From: Candidatus Poribacteria bacterium
GTDB lineage: Bacteria; Poribacteria; WGA-4E; WGA-3G
Reading direction: 5' to 3'
Length of the DNA stretch: 64,000 nt
Assembly: GCA_964291315.2 (NCBI GenBank)
Contig: OZ219753.1
Location: 1,600,001 to 1,664,000 of the forward strand
Shown: piece after piece, positions 9,735 through 21,400 of the stretch
How positions within the stretch are numbered: the first letter of the stretch is position 1
Layout of the letters: each line of letters opens with the position of its first letter
Program-made: the position numbers and the translations under genes
Notes under the pieces: generated by a model
The model's input: only the letters and a program-made list of their open reading frames with translations
What the model was told of the DNA's origin: nothing
Database searches by the model: none

Positions 9735-10481
9735 ATGAAAATAAGAATATTTGGCTGCGTAATACTCGCGTTAGGTCTCATCGCCAGTTATAGTCAAGCC
9801 AAGATTGACCCGGACAAAATCGTTGGTATCTGGTTACTAGACGAAGGTAAGGGCGATGTTGCTGAAGATGCATCTGAAAACGGGCGCGAGGGTACAATTA
9901 CAGAAGGTAGATGGGAAAAAGGCAAGTTCGATGGTGCACTTGAAATCAAAAAAGGTGGAACCGTTACCATTCCGCTCGGTCAAGGCATTATTGAAAGTAA
10001 AGTGACTTTCGTCCTCTGGTTACAATTTACTGACATCGGTGGTCAGCAAAATTATTTTTCTATATGGGATCAGAGCAACAACCGCTATGTTCCTTACAAA
10101 AACGATGGTAATCTTCTTCGTAGCTGGACGAATAATTGGGATATCGCCAGCGGTGTGACTGTTAAAGCGGGGACCTGGTATCACGTTGCCAACGTCTACG
10201 ACGGGGAAAACTGTCGTATCTATATTGATGGCGAGGAGAAGGTTTCACAAAAGGTCCCGAAGTTCCAACTCCAAGATCAGGATCAGACAGCGTGGCTTGC
10301 GACCGATAGGGGCACCGGTTTCCTATCCGCCTGTATTATGGATGATGTTGGACTTTTTAACGATGCACTCACCGAAGCTGAAGTTCAGGGGATCATGAAT
10401 AACGGCATTTATCAAACCGCTTTTGCTGTGGCCCCGTTGGATAAGCTTCCTGTCCTTTGGAGTGAATTAAAGACACATTAA
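9735..10481 (+). CDS. Secreted LamG-like jellyroll (concanavalin A-like) protein
   Basis: Signal peptide; GIWLLDEGKG, GKFDGAL, WYHVANVYDG, IYIDG, DDVGLFNDALT; C-terminal AVAPLDKLPVLWSELK. Confidence 0.88.
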   Translation: MKIRIFGCVILALGLIASYSQAKIDPDKIVGIWLLDEGKGDVAEDASENGREGTITEGRWEKGKFDGALEIKKGGTVTIPLGQGIIESKVTFVLWLQFTDIGGQQNYFSIWDQSNNRYVPYKNDGNLLRSWTNNWDIASGVTVKAGTWYHVANVYDGENCRIYIDGEEKVSQKVPKFQLQDQDQTAWLATDRGTGFLSACIMDDVGLFNDALTEAEVQGIMNNGIYQTAFAVAPLDKLPVLWSELKTH

Positions 10482-10551
10482 CAATGACGGTTTCGAGATC
10501 GCTGTGGTTTGCTTTGCATCGCGGGTCTCGTTTTGCAAAAGAGACAGACTT

Positions 10552-11043
10552 ATGAGATATTTCGCCTATGGGTCCAATATGGATCACAGTCAAATGCGCC
10601 AACGTTGCCCGGGTGCTGTTTCTGTCGGTAGCTTGAAGCTTGAGCGTTTCCGCCTCGTTTTTAACTATTATGCTGACATTATCCCATCGGAGGCGTGTTC
10701 AGTTTACGGCGGACTCTGGCAAATCACAGAGTCTCACGAAAAATCCCTTGACCACTATGAAGGCTATCCGGACCACTACGGCAAGCATTACCGAGACGAT
10801 GTCATGTTTTACCGGATGGAGCAAGGGTACAGATATCAAGAGCCTCCGGCAAGATGGTATCTGGAAACGGTTATTCAGGGGTATTGTGAGTTTGGGTTAG
10901 TACAAGCAGACTTTGAGGCGAGCCTTGGTGTCAAGGAGCTGGGACTCACGGGGAGAGACCTCGAAGAAATCCTCGGTATGCCCCGCGACGAATTAGAGGA
11001 TCTATTTTCGGCGGCAGCAGCTACTTGTACCGATCTGTTGTGA
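10552..11043 (+). CDS. Gamma-glutamylcyclotransferase family protein
   Basis: YFAYGSNM and LDHYEGYP motifs. Confidence 0.85.
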   Translation: MRYFAYGSNMDHSQMRQRCPGAVSVGSLKLERFRLVFNYYADIIPSEACSVYGGLWQITESHEKSLDHYEGYPDHYGKHYRDDVMFYRMEQGYRYQEPPARWYLETVIQGYCEFGLVQADFEASLGVKELGLTGRDLEEILGMPRDELEDLFSAAAATCTDLL

Positions 11044-11051
11044 CCCTGGCT

Positions 11052-12782
<1,731 letters not shown>

Positions 12783-12854
12783 GATTCTATATTTCCTCAC
12801 TTTGATTGTTGGGTTTTGAGACACAAACCGAAAAAACAGAGTGCTAAAAGAGGC

Positions 12855-14234
12855 CTAGCGTAAAACGCCTTGTGCTTTTAGGCGTGAAATCAACTCGGCT
12901 TGTGTGCCCTGTCCTTTTGTAGAGTTGCATGCGGCACAGAGAAGTTGTAAGTTGTCTTCGTGGTCGGTGCCGCCTTGCGATCTTGGCACGATGTGATCAA
13001 TCGTCATGTTCCGAAACGGGAATTGCGTGGAACATCCATTACATAAGCCCTCCTGTTTACCGAACAAGGTATGCTTATGGGTGCGATAATTAGGTACCTT
13101 CTCGCTCCGTGTAGGGATGTCCGTGCGGTGGATAACTCTTCCGAAAAGTCTAACTTCATTCTCTAAACGCGAGCGCACAAGGTCGACTGCTTTGGGTGAT
13201 ATGTCAATCCCTATCCATTGACGTTGGTGTCGTTCTGCTGCGACACAGGTTGTGGCGCACCCACAGAAGGGGTCGAGTACGATATCTCCTTGATTGCTGG
13301 AGGCTTCGATAATGCGTTCTAAAAGGGCGACCGGTTTTTGTGTCGGGTAACCGGTCCGTTCTTCTCCGGCAGGTGGGGAGATGTCATCCCAAATATTACC
13401 GAATGACGTGCCTTTGTAATCCTTCATATATATTCGCCGCTGTAACTTTCCGTCAGGCCGAATAACTATATTTCCTTTCTGGTACTCTTCCTCTAAGCGT
13501 TCCTTGCTTAATCTCCATCCGGATGGGTGGGGATTAACGAATCCGCGCCATTCATAACAGAGGTTGGGTCGCTCCCCCATACCAGGATTCCGCCAAATCG
13601 GCATTGAGTCGTTATAGCGTTCTCCATTTTCGTCAACGTGTTTGAATTTCTTGAGCATTTCGGCTTCTGTGAGTTTTCGCTCTGGCCGCACTGATGTTGA
13701 TGTAGAGGCGGCGTAGTATAAGAGTATATCGGCGTTGTTGCCCCATCGCAAGCTGCGATGCTGGGATCCTTTTTGGGTGGACGTTGTACGTCTCCATGTG
13801 ATTTCGGACCTATAGTTATTTTTTCCGAAAATGCTGTCCATGGTAACTTTCAAATAGTGGCTGGCGGTTGGGTCACAGTGAAGATATATGCTACCGGTCT
13901 TTTTGAGGAGACGCTTCATTTCTAACAAGCGCACTGCCATCATAATGAGGTAAGACTTCATGCCTTTGCCGTGTGTGAGTTCGGCTGTGTGTATTACCTG
14001 ATACAGGGCCGGCTCTCGGTCGGCTATTTCGCCGTGCCATGCGTTGTCTACATCGGAGAGTGTCCAGGTGTCTTTGAAGGCTGTGCCTGCTGCGCTGCTG
14101 CCGATAGGTGCTGCATAGTTGCGATTGGAATTGAATGGCGGGTCAAGATAGATCAGATCGATGGACGCTGTATCTATTCCTCGCAGAACGGGCAAGTTGT
14201 CGTTTGAGAAGAGGGTTCGGTTTTGGGTGTTCAT
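12855..14234 (-). CDS. Beta-class N6/N4 DNA methyltransferase fused to C-terminal HNH endonuclease
   Basis: LIYLDPPF (motif IV) precedes YPTQKP...VLDPFCGCATT (motif I); C-terminal CNGC...IDHIVPRSQGGTD...NLQLLCAACNSTKG. Confidence 0.9.
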   Translation of the reverse strand: MNTQNRTLFSNDNLPVLRGIDTASIDLIYLDPPFNSNRNYAAPIGSSAAGTAFKDTWTLSDVDNAWHGEIADREPALYQVIHTAELTHGKGMKSYLIMMAVRLLEMKRLLKKTGSIYLHCDPTASHYLKVTMDSIFGKNNYRSEITWRRTTSTQKGSQHRSLRWGNNADILLYYAASTSTSVRPERKLTEAEMLKKFKHVDENGERYNDSMPIWRNPGMGERPNLCYEWRGFVNPHPSGWRLSKERLEEEYQKGNIVIRPDGKLQRRIYMKDYKGTSFGNIWDDISPPAGEERTGYPTQKPVALLERIIEASSNQGDIVLDPFCGCATTCVAAERHQRQWIGIDISPKAVDLVRSRLENEVRLFGRVIHRTDIPTRSEKVPNYRTHKHTLFGKQEGLCNGCSTQFPFRNMTIDHIVPRSQGGTDHEDNLQLLCAACNSTKGQGTQAELISRLKAQGVLR

Positions 14235-14408
14235 TTATACGGCATAGTATGTAACGCGGCGCAACCTAAGCGTTTGTGCTGCGTCAGAGAAATCTATCAT
14301 CGGCATACAGTATCACGGAACAAAGCTATCATGAGAATCATTTATTGTCAAGCATCTTGAATGTTTTGGTTTATTGGGAAAAAACTTCTCCATTAGGTAT
14401 AGAAAGTG

Positions 14409-15137
14409 TTAAGGTTTTTCTCCTTCTAATGCTTTCATATCTGGGGGCTTGGTTTCTACGATCCCTTGATCTGGATTGACGGCATTGTGGGCAACCATGG
14501 TTTTGAGGATCTGGTGTGCTAAGTCGATGTATTTCATTGCGGTTTTAGGATTCACTTCATTAAAGATGAGCTGTTTCTGGTAGCCGTAGAGGGTTTCTAA
14601 TTCTCGTGAAAGGTTCATGGAGATATCTAGATTCGGGCTTCGATGATTCGCGTAAAATTCACTTCGAGTTTGGGTAAATAGGGTCCGGTATTTATTCGGG
14701 AATTGAGCGTGATCGATATTAAGGCGGCGGAATCGATTGAACAGATTTTGTCGGAACGTCTTGAGGCGTTCTTGGTGATCGGTGATGGCTTCCTGTTGCA
14801 ATTTGATCTGGAGCTTGGTGAGCTTGGATTCGCGAGTCTCTTGATATTCTTCATGGGCTATTTCATTGAGTTTTTGATCGGCTTTGTCCCCGTATTCTTC
14901 TTCGAACTCTTCTGTGTATTCCTCAATGGCACTGTCGATGTATTCACGTTTTTCTTCTGCTTCTTCTTCGGTTAGCGGTTGGGCCAATAGTTCGTCGAGC
15001 TCGGGCATTTTTTCGAGCTGTGGGATTGGAATTTCATTCTCAAATTTTTCGAGGAATGCCTCGACGATGTCGGTTAATTTCATAAACCGAGCGAAACAGT
15101 TAACGACGAATTCTTTATGTTGTTCTGTGAGTTTCAT
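14409..15137 (-). CDS. DUF2280-like protein with acidic coiled-coil insertion
   Basis: N-terminal LTEQHKEFVVNCFARFMKLTDIVEAFLEKF and KYRTLFTQTRSEF...LAHQILK resemble DUF2280 by eye; AAGGAG RBS. Confidence 0.55.
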   Translation of the reverse strand: MKLTEQHKEFVVNCFARFMKLTDIVEAFLEKFENEIPIPQLEKMPELDELLAQPLTEEEAEEKREYIDSAIEEYTEEFEEEYGDKADQKLNEIAHEEYQETRESKLTKLQIKLQQEAITDHQERLKTFRQNLFNRFRRLNIDHAQFPNKYRTLFTQTRSEFYANHRSPNLDISMNLSRELETLYGYQKQLIFNEVNPKTAMKYIDLAHQILKTMVAHNAVNPDQGIVETKPPDMKALEGEKP

Positions 15138-15519
15138 TTTAATACTCCTTAAAAATGTTACACTGGTGTAACGTTTGATATCGTCATGTTATGGGCAAAG
15201 AACCCAGTGAATACAAGGGTTAACAAGCGTTATATTACCTTTGTGAAAAAAAAGCAATTTGGCAGAAAGTGTAACATTTTCTACAAACCTTGCACCTTTC
15301 TGGGAGCGGTAATGGGTTGTAGTTTCGTAAAACATTTTCTGCGTAGATAGCTGGATAACATGCTTTTTCCTCGATTATTCTGCTTCTCTAAACATCACAT
15401 AATATATGATAACACATATCACTTAATAAGTCAAATTTATTTTCTCCCCTATTTAAGTGTAGTTTTTAGGCGATGATTTCTGCTGTGTTTTAGATGCGTT
15501 AAAGACTTCTAGGAAGGTA

Positions 15520-15544
15520 TGGGTGCGGTTTGTAACCGCACCCA
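15520..15544. repeat. Palindrome (REP-like or terminator) downstream of the aminotransferase
   Basis: TGGGTGCGGTT-TGT-AACCGCACCCA, 11-bp stem. Confidence 0.55.
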
Positions 15545-15669
15545 CAAATTTAGGCGGTTGTCCGATGTGACAGTTTTGGACACGGACGCAAGCGGATTGG
15601 AAAATCTGACTCCTGCGCGGTTGCCTCAGTAAGCCGACTCACAAAGTGTGCGCAGAAGAGGAACTGACA

Positions 15670-16857
15670 TTACTGCAGCGCCTTTTTTATTCGGTCTAAT
15701 CCGCGGTTAATCTCTGTCAACGAGGTCGCGAAGGAGAGTCGGAGGTGTTTGTCAGCGCCGAACCCGTCGCCCGGTACAACGCCCACGCCTGCGGAGTTGA
15801 GAAGGTAATCGGTCATATCCATTGCGTTTTCTATTTTGTTTCCGCCGAGCGTTCTGCCGTAGTGTGCGGAAAAATCGGGGAAGATATAGAAAGCGCCTTG
15901 GGGTTTGGCATAACTGATTCCTTCGATGTCATCAAAACGTTGACAGATCACGTTTCGGCGTTCCTCGAACGCTTTTCGCATCTCTTCAACAGCGTCTTGT
16001 GGTTCATTAAGTGCGGCTAGAGCGGCTTTCTGAGCAATGGAGGTGGGGTTTGAGGTGCTGTGGGATTGGATACGCGACATCGCCGAGACGGCTTCTTCGG
16101 GACCCGCCGTATACCCGATCCGCCATCCTGTCATAGAGTAGGCTTTAGAGACACCGTTGACAACAAAGGTGATGGCTTTGGTCTGCTCATTGAAGGAGGC
16201 GGGACTCTGATGTGTCGCTGCATCGTAGAGCAGGGCTTCGTAAATTTCGTCGGAGATAAGGTAGACCTGATGCTTGACCGCAATATCGGCAACGGCTTTG
16301 AGGGTATCCAAATCGTACGTAGTGCCGGTAGGGTTGCTCGGACTGTTAAGGAGGATTGCCTTTGTCTTTGGCGAGAGAGCAGCCTCGACCTGCTGGGGGT
16401 CCATGCAGAAGTTGTCTGCCGGTGTGGTCTCAATGACGCGTGGTATTGCCCCGGCGAGTTTGATTTGCTCAGGGTAGCTGACCCAATAGGGAGCAGCGAA
16501 GATGACCTCGTCGCCTGGGTCACAGATGGCTTGAAAGATGTTATAGATGGTGTGTTTTGCGCCGCATGAGACGATGACTTCGGACGGTTTGTAGCTCAGT
16601 CCGTTGTCCCTTTTAAATTTGTCGGCAATCGCTTGGCGAAGTTCGGGGGTGCCGGGCACAGGCGTGTATTTCGTAAATCCTGCGTTGAGTGCGTCTATTG
16701 CTGCGTTTTTGATATAATCCGGTGTGTCAAAATCGGGTTCGCCTGCGCCGAATTTGACCACATCTACGCCCTCCGCGATCAAGGCGTTAATTTTGGCGGT
16801 GATCGCTAACGTGGAGGATGGTGTTACGCTTTGGCTTCGTTGTGATAAAGAGATCAT
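15670..16857 (-). CDS. aspC: Aspartate aminotransferase (PLP, class I/II)
   Basis: GAGEPDFDTP, NSPSNPTG, SDEIYE, SKAYSMTGWRIGY motifs. Confidence 0.88.
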   Translation of the reverse strand: MISLSQRSQSVTPSSTLAITAKINALIAEGVDVVKFGAGEPDFDTPDYIKNAAIDALNAGFTKYTPVPGTPELRQAIADKFKRDNGLSYKPSEVIVSCGAKHTIYNIFQAICDPGDEVIFAAPYWVSYPEQIKLAGAIPRVIETTPADNFCMDPQQVEAALSPKTKAILLNSPSNPTGTTYDLDTLKAVADIAVKHQVYLISDEIYEALLYDAATHQSPASFNEQTKAITFVVNGVSKAYSMTGWRIGYTAGPEEAVSAMSRIQSHSTSNPTSIAQKAALAALNEPQDAVEEMRKAFEERRNVICQRFDDIEGISYAKPQGAFYIFPDFSAHYGRTLGGNKIENAMDMTDYLLNSAGVGVVPGDGFGADKHLRLSFATSLTEINRGLDRIKKALQ

Positions 16858-16860
16858 TTA

Positions 16861-17420
16861 TTCTCCTTTGAAAATAAGTTTAGGTTTTGGTTTGTAGTAA
16901 AAGTTTCAGGCCGATGGGCCATTTCTTGAGCTGCGTAAGAGGTGTTTCAACCTGTTAATCCCTTTCTATTCAGTCAGTCACTCTCCGTTAAACGGCGGAT
17001 TTGCGATTCTAATCGCTCATACCTAGATTCTAATTCTCTGATTCTATCTTGAAGTTGGCGGTGAGTGCCCGGACGTTGAACAACCCTCGTCTCAAATTCA
17101 GAACGCTCAATCTGTTGAAATCGATTGTGGCGAAGATTTTCATAAAAAATCCAGGTGTCTCGATTTGTGCTATTCGCAAATACCCCGAACCTTGTATCCG
17201 TTGCACAGAGATAGGACTTTAATTGGTCAGGACCATACCCTACAACATTTTCTGGCTTACACTCGGCGATTGCAGCAAAACTCCCTTCTGGGTCAATTAG
17301 CACGATGTCAGCCCTGCGGCGGCTAACTCCCATCTGAATTTCGCATTCCCTTGCTGTGGAAAATTCTTGCCTGAGCTCAGAAAAATAAGACTTAACTTCC
17401 CTTACTACTTGAGCTTCACC
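16861..17420 (-). repeat. Duplicated cassette tail, copy A (nuclease + coiled coil + 3' region)
   Basis: Homologous to 18101-18470; e.g. 16865-16908 matches 18105-18148 at 36 of 44 nt. Confidence 0.8.
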
Positions 17421-18083
17421 GTCCTGAAAACCATCGGGCAGAACACGTATATTTCTAGTCCTAATTTGATACCGGGATGTGGGTGGAAAGATGTTAAAGT
17501 GCCCCTCTATACTAACATTAGCCCCTTCCCTTGAAGGAAAGTCACCTGCAATATCGGGAGAAAGTGTGCATTCAATCATTTCTGTGGCACCACTCTCATT
17601 AGCGTCAACATTTATGAGAGCCATACGGATATATCCTTGGTTAGTGCGGGTCCACTCGAAGATTTCCCCTTGAACCGTGATTGAATGGGGTTTTATACTG
17701 TTTTTTAAGGCGGTGGTTAGAGAACTAACGGAAACGGTTTGATCTGGCTGGCCAGCTCCAGGCGTTTCTATACCGGTAACAGCGAACTTATATGCTCCCC
17801 TGTCTCGAAGGAGGATAACCCTACCTGTGATAAACACTTCATTGCCTACTGACGGCACATTTTGAAAAAGGGAAGGATACGCCCTATGAATAAGACATTC
17901 AATCCTGCTTTTGGGGGACTCCATGTCTTGGAGTGTGAAAGCGTAAGGTAGATATTCTGGGTTCGCTGAGATTTTTCCACGTACCCAGACGTTTTGAAGT
18001 GCAGACTGCTCACTTATGACATCCGAGAACATATCCGTTACTTCACGAACGCTGTAGGTATCTATATTAATGTCGTTTGGCAT
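16974..18083 (-). CDS. Tandem exonuclease VII large-subunit-type OB folds fused to HsdR_N-like PD-(D/E)XK nuclease and coiled coil
   Basis: Two copies of (Y/V)SV..(V/L)T...V(R/Q)G(K/E)I...IEC...G..V.I.G....Y; then RRADIVL...IAECK...QLKSY...FGVFAN; GAGGAGG RBS before ATG 18083. Confidence 0.75.
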   Translation of the reverse strand: MPNDINIDTYSVREVTDMFSDVISEQSALQNVWVRGKISANPEYLPYAFTLQDMESPKSRIECLIHRAYPSLFQNVPSVGNEVFITGRVILLRDRGAYKFAVTGIETPGAGQPDQTVSVSSLTTALKNSIKPHSITVQGEIFEWTRTNQGYIRMALINVDANESGATEMIECTLSPDIAGDFPSREGANVSIEGHFNIFPPTSRYQIRTRNIRVLPDGFQDGEAQVVREVKSYFSELRQEFSTARECEIQMGVSRRRADIVLIDPEGSFAAIAECKPENVVGYGPDQLKSYLCATDTRFGVFANSTNRDTWIFYENLRHNRFQQIERSEFETRVVQRPGTHRQLQDRIRELESRYERLESQIRRLTESD

Positions 18084-18100
18084 GTGCACCTCCTCCTATA

Positions 18101-18470
18101 TTCGCCTTTGAAAATAAATTTTGTCTTCGGTTTGTAGTAAGGTTTTCAATCCGACGGATCGTTTTTTAGGCTGTTAAGCAGCCTCTCAAACTGTTGAATC
18201 CCTTCGTTCCATGCCGTCTCTTTCCGTTTAAGACGGCAAATTTCAGACTTTAAGTGCTCACATTCGGCCTCTAACGATTTGATTTTATCTTGAAATACAT
18301 GTGCATTCGGCGATCGCGGCAAAATTCCCTTCGGAATCAATTAGTACGACATCGGCCCTGCGGTGAGCAACTCCCATCTGAATTTGGTATTCCTTTACTG
18401 TGGAAAATCCTTCTTGTTTGAGCTCAGAAAAGTAAGACTCAACGACCTCTACTACTTGAGGTTCGCCTGC
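18101..18470 (-). repeat. Duplicated cassette tail, copy B (internally deleted)
   Basis: Homologous to 16861-17420 but missing about 65 codons after AIAEC. Confidence 0.8.
18146..18302 (-). pseudogene. Out-of-frame coiled-coil tail of the giant protein
   Basis: HVFQDKIKSLEAECEHLKSEICRL aligns with HRQLQDRIRELESRYERLESQIRRL of the neighbouring paralogue. Confidence 0.7.
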
Positions 18471-21400
18471 AGCACCCACTGCCGTCTCCACACCCGCTAC
18501 CTGCTCAGCGAAACGCGTCGCGATCCTACCTCTTATATCGTCGAACATCACATCCTGTAAAGCAGGCTCTATCGCCCGATAAAAAGCAGGAGCATTTTCA
18601 CGATTCGCTAATTTCTGAAGAATAACCTTCTGGAGAGCATCATATGCGGAAGACGCGAGGACAAAGTTTGTATTGTAATCAATCCCTTGAGGCACTGTAC
18701 CGGGTTCCGCACGGAAGAGGTCTATATTCTCAATCATATCATAATCTGCGGGGTCTAATTCTTCCGTCATCGCCTCTATCTGCTCAGCGGCATCCGTATC
18801 TCGCTGTTCTAATAACGGCATTTCAACCTGCCATTGTCCGTTGCCGACCTGTCGGACAGACACTCGCAGGTCATCCGTAATCTGATATATTGTTTCCCCA
18901 CTACTGAGTTCTTTAACACGGATATGTCCCCGGTGGACAGGGTTCAACCATGCGGAAAGCGTTGCGTAGTTCGCCTGTGCGAAGCTTTCAACGATACGCG
19001 GGAGCCGCTCTATCCGTGTCCCCTCTCCGTCCGTGCTATTTTCTACCTCTAAACTAAAGATAACCCTGTTTTGTCTACTTATACGCATCCGTGGCTCTAC
19101 GACCAACAAAATCTCTTCCCGAGGCCCCACAGCCTCCTGCGTCTCTGTCGCGGGAGAGCCCTCTATCGCCTGAGAGACCGCATTAATACGAATAAAGGGA
19201 TTGTTTGTAACCCGATAGGACGCACGGACTGCCCGGTGTTCTGTACCATCTACATCTACTGTGACCCCTTCTGCTTGGGTCTGTTCAGCAATAGGAGACG
19301 CGCCAGCAATCTCTTCCCTACGCGCACGAAGTTCCTGAGCGAGAGCTGTATCTGAAATTGTAACAGAATGTGTAAGCGAAGCGGTATCAAATGTCTCAGG
19401 ATCGAGCGTAAGACTATCTGCTACATGCTCCCTGCCCCCTTCACGCGTCTTGAGCACTGTGTTCAAAACATTCTGCGATTTTCGTCTCTGTCCACGAATT
19501 ACAGCAGGACGATAAGGAGCGTCCTTGAAATACTCCCCTTGCAACCGCCAGATAGCGTCCTTGACATCCCGTATCGCGATAGGATAGCTGCGCGTAATCC
19601 GTCGCATCTGTGATTCTAGAGAATCCACGACCTCTCGCAACGACTTTCGTAACACATCATTAGAGACATGCGTATCAATCGCATTTAAGAGAGCCTCCCG
19701 ACCTACAGGGCTCCCCTCCCCTACTTTAGGGAAGACCAAACGACGGATGCCCCAGCGATTGTAGACCTTCTGTACTTCCTCCGAACCCGATCTTGCGATT
19801 TCTACCTCTAAAGATTTTAGTAACCGTCTATAATTAGAAACCGAAGTTTCTAGCCCATTCTGCAGTGCCCGTTGCTGATCCACAAGTTCTTGAAGATTCT
19901 CAAGCACAGTCGCCCGTGTCTCTGCATCCAACTCATCTTTCAATTCATTGCGGTACCCCTCCATCCTGCGATCCGAGAGCGGAGGCTCTACATCAAACGC
20001 ATTTTCTACAAAATATTCAACCGTTACATTCTTTTCGAAGAAGCGGTCTTTATTAGAGTGATCAGCGAAGCGGTGGAATGTCTCTATAGCAGAAAGTGCA
20101 GCTGAATCAAAAGCGTTCGCAAGTATCTCTGCCTCGCCACTCTCACCCATATATCCTTCATCTTCATAAAAGGCTAATACGAGAGGGTCCATGTAAGAGC
20201 GAGCCGTACTCCGCTTCTTAAATCCTGAAGCGTTAATATCTCGGATCGTTAAACTCGCACCTGAGGCAGCGTGTGTCACCGAAGCGATAAAGGTATCAGG
20301 AGCAGATTGAGCAATCGCAATACGGAGCCCCGTCCCTGATTCATAAACACGCACACCATTAACAAAGCCTGTGGATTGCATAGCATCATTGCGATTCGGG
20401 ACACGCAATGCGACACCATCGGGCGTAAGCCCTGTAGATGACTGAGCGAGGGTGGATTGCCCCGATTGCACCATCTGCTCGTTGAAAGCCTTCACACCTT
20501 GAAGGAAACGCGTGTGACGCGCCTCTAGTTCCTGTGCGATAGCACTCTCAGACTCAGCGGTCTCTATGAAATTCGAACGAGAGATCTCTATATCGACACG
20601 GAAATGATGCTGGATACCCTCGGGGACAGGGGAGTAGTAAGCCCCCGCGAGGAACCTTATTGGTTCCATATCCCGATAAAGTTGTTCTAGCGTAGAGAGG
20701 ATATAAGACTCAGAAACCCCGTCAACTAAAATCCAAGGCGTTGTTCTACGGAGATATGCCCGTTGTGCTTGTATCGCAGCCTTGCGTTCATTATCTATCT
20801 CTGTCGCTTCCCGCGAAGATTCCCCTGGTGTCTCTGACTGTATGTCTACAGGGAGTTCACTTGTCTGCCGTCTGTGCTCAAAGCCACGTAGTGGTTCCGC
20901 TTCAAAAGTTGTCGGGTCCGGTACCCAAGCATCCGCCTCTCTTCTGACATAAATTCCGCGTTCGGTATCGAAAAAGGCGACACGCCTAAACTTCTCAGCG
21001 TTCACTGGGCTCCGTGCGGGAGATGGGAAATTCGCCTGAGACGGGTCATCCGCACGGTCTGTTAGCAACAGATGCATCTCTATGGGTTCGCCTTCTATCG
21101 CATATCTCTGAATATGGTCTACAGGAGGCGTATCCTTACCCGCATAATACTGCGTATCTTCAATATCTCTAGGTAGCCGGCGGACGGGGCCTGTATAGCG
21201 AGCATATGTTCGTGTCGGTCTCCGATCCAAAGCAGCGCGGACTTCTAGAGGTTCTAAATCATCATCAGTATCCGTCTCCGCGGCATCACGCTCCTCAAAT
21301 TCCTTCACAAAGGCAAGTTGTCGCTCTAACGCAATATCCGTTATCACCACCCGCGTCTCTCTGCGTCGCTCCGGCTCCCAGTTGCCATTTCTATAAACTT

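Noticed and set aside
16974-18083. Calling this gene xseA or hsdR
   Set aside because: Only XseA-like OB folds and an HsdR_N-like domain are present; no exonuclease VII catalytic domain, helicase motor or hsdM/hsdS
18290-18310. Programmed ribosomal frameshift joining the giant ORF to its tail
   Set aside because: No slippery heptamer at the junction; the paralogue comparison explains it as a deletion
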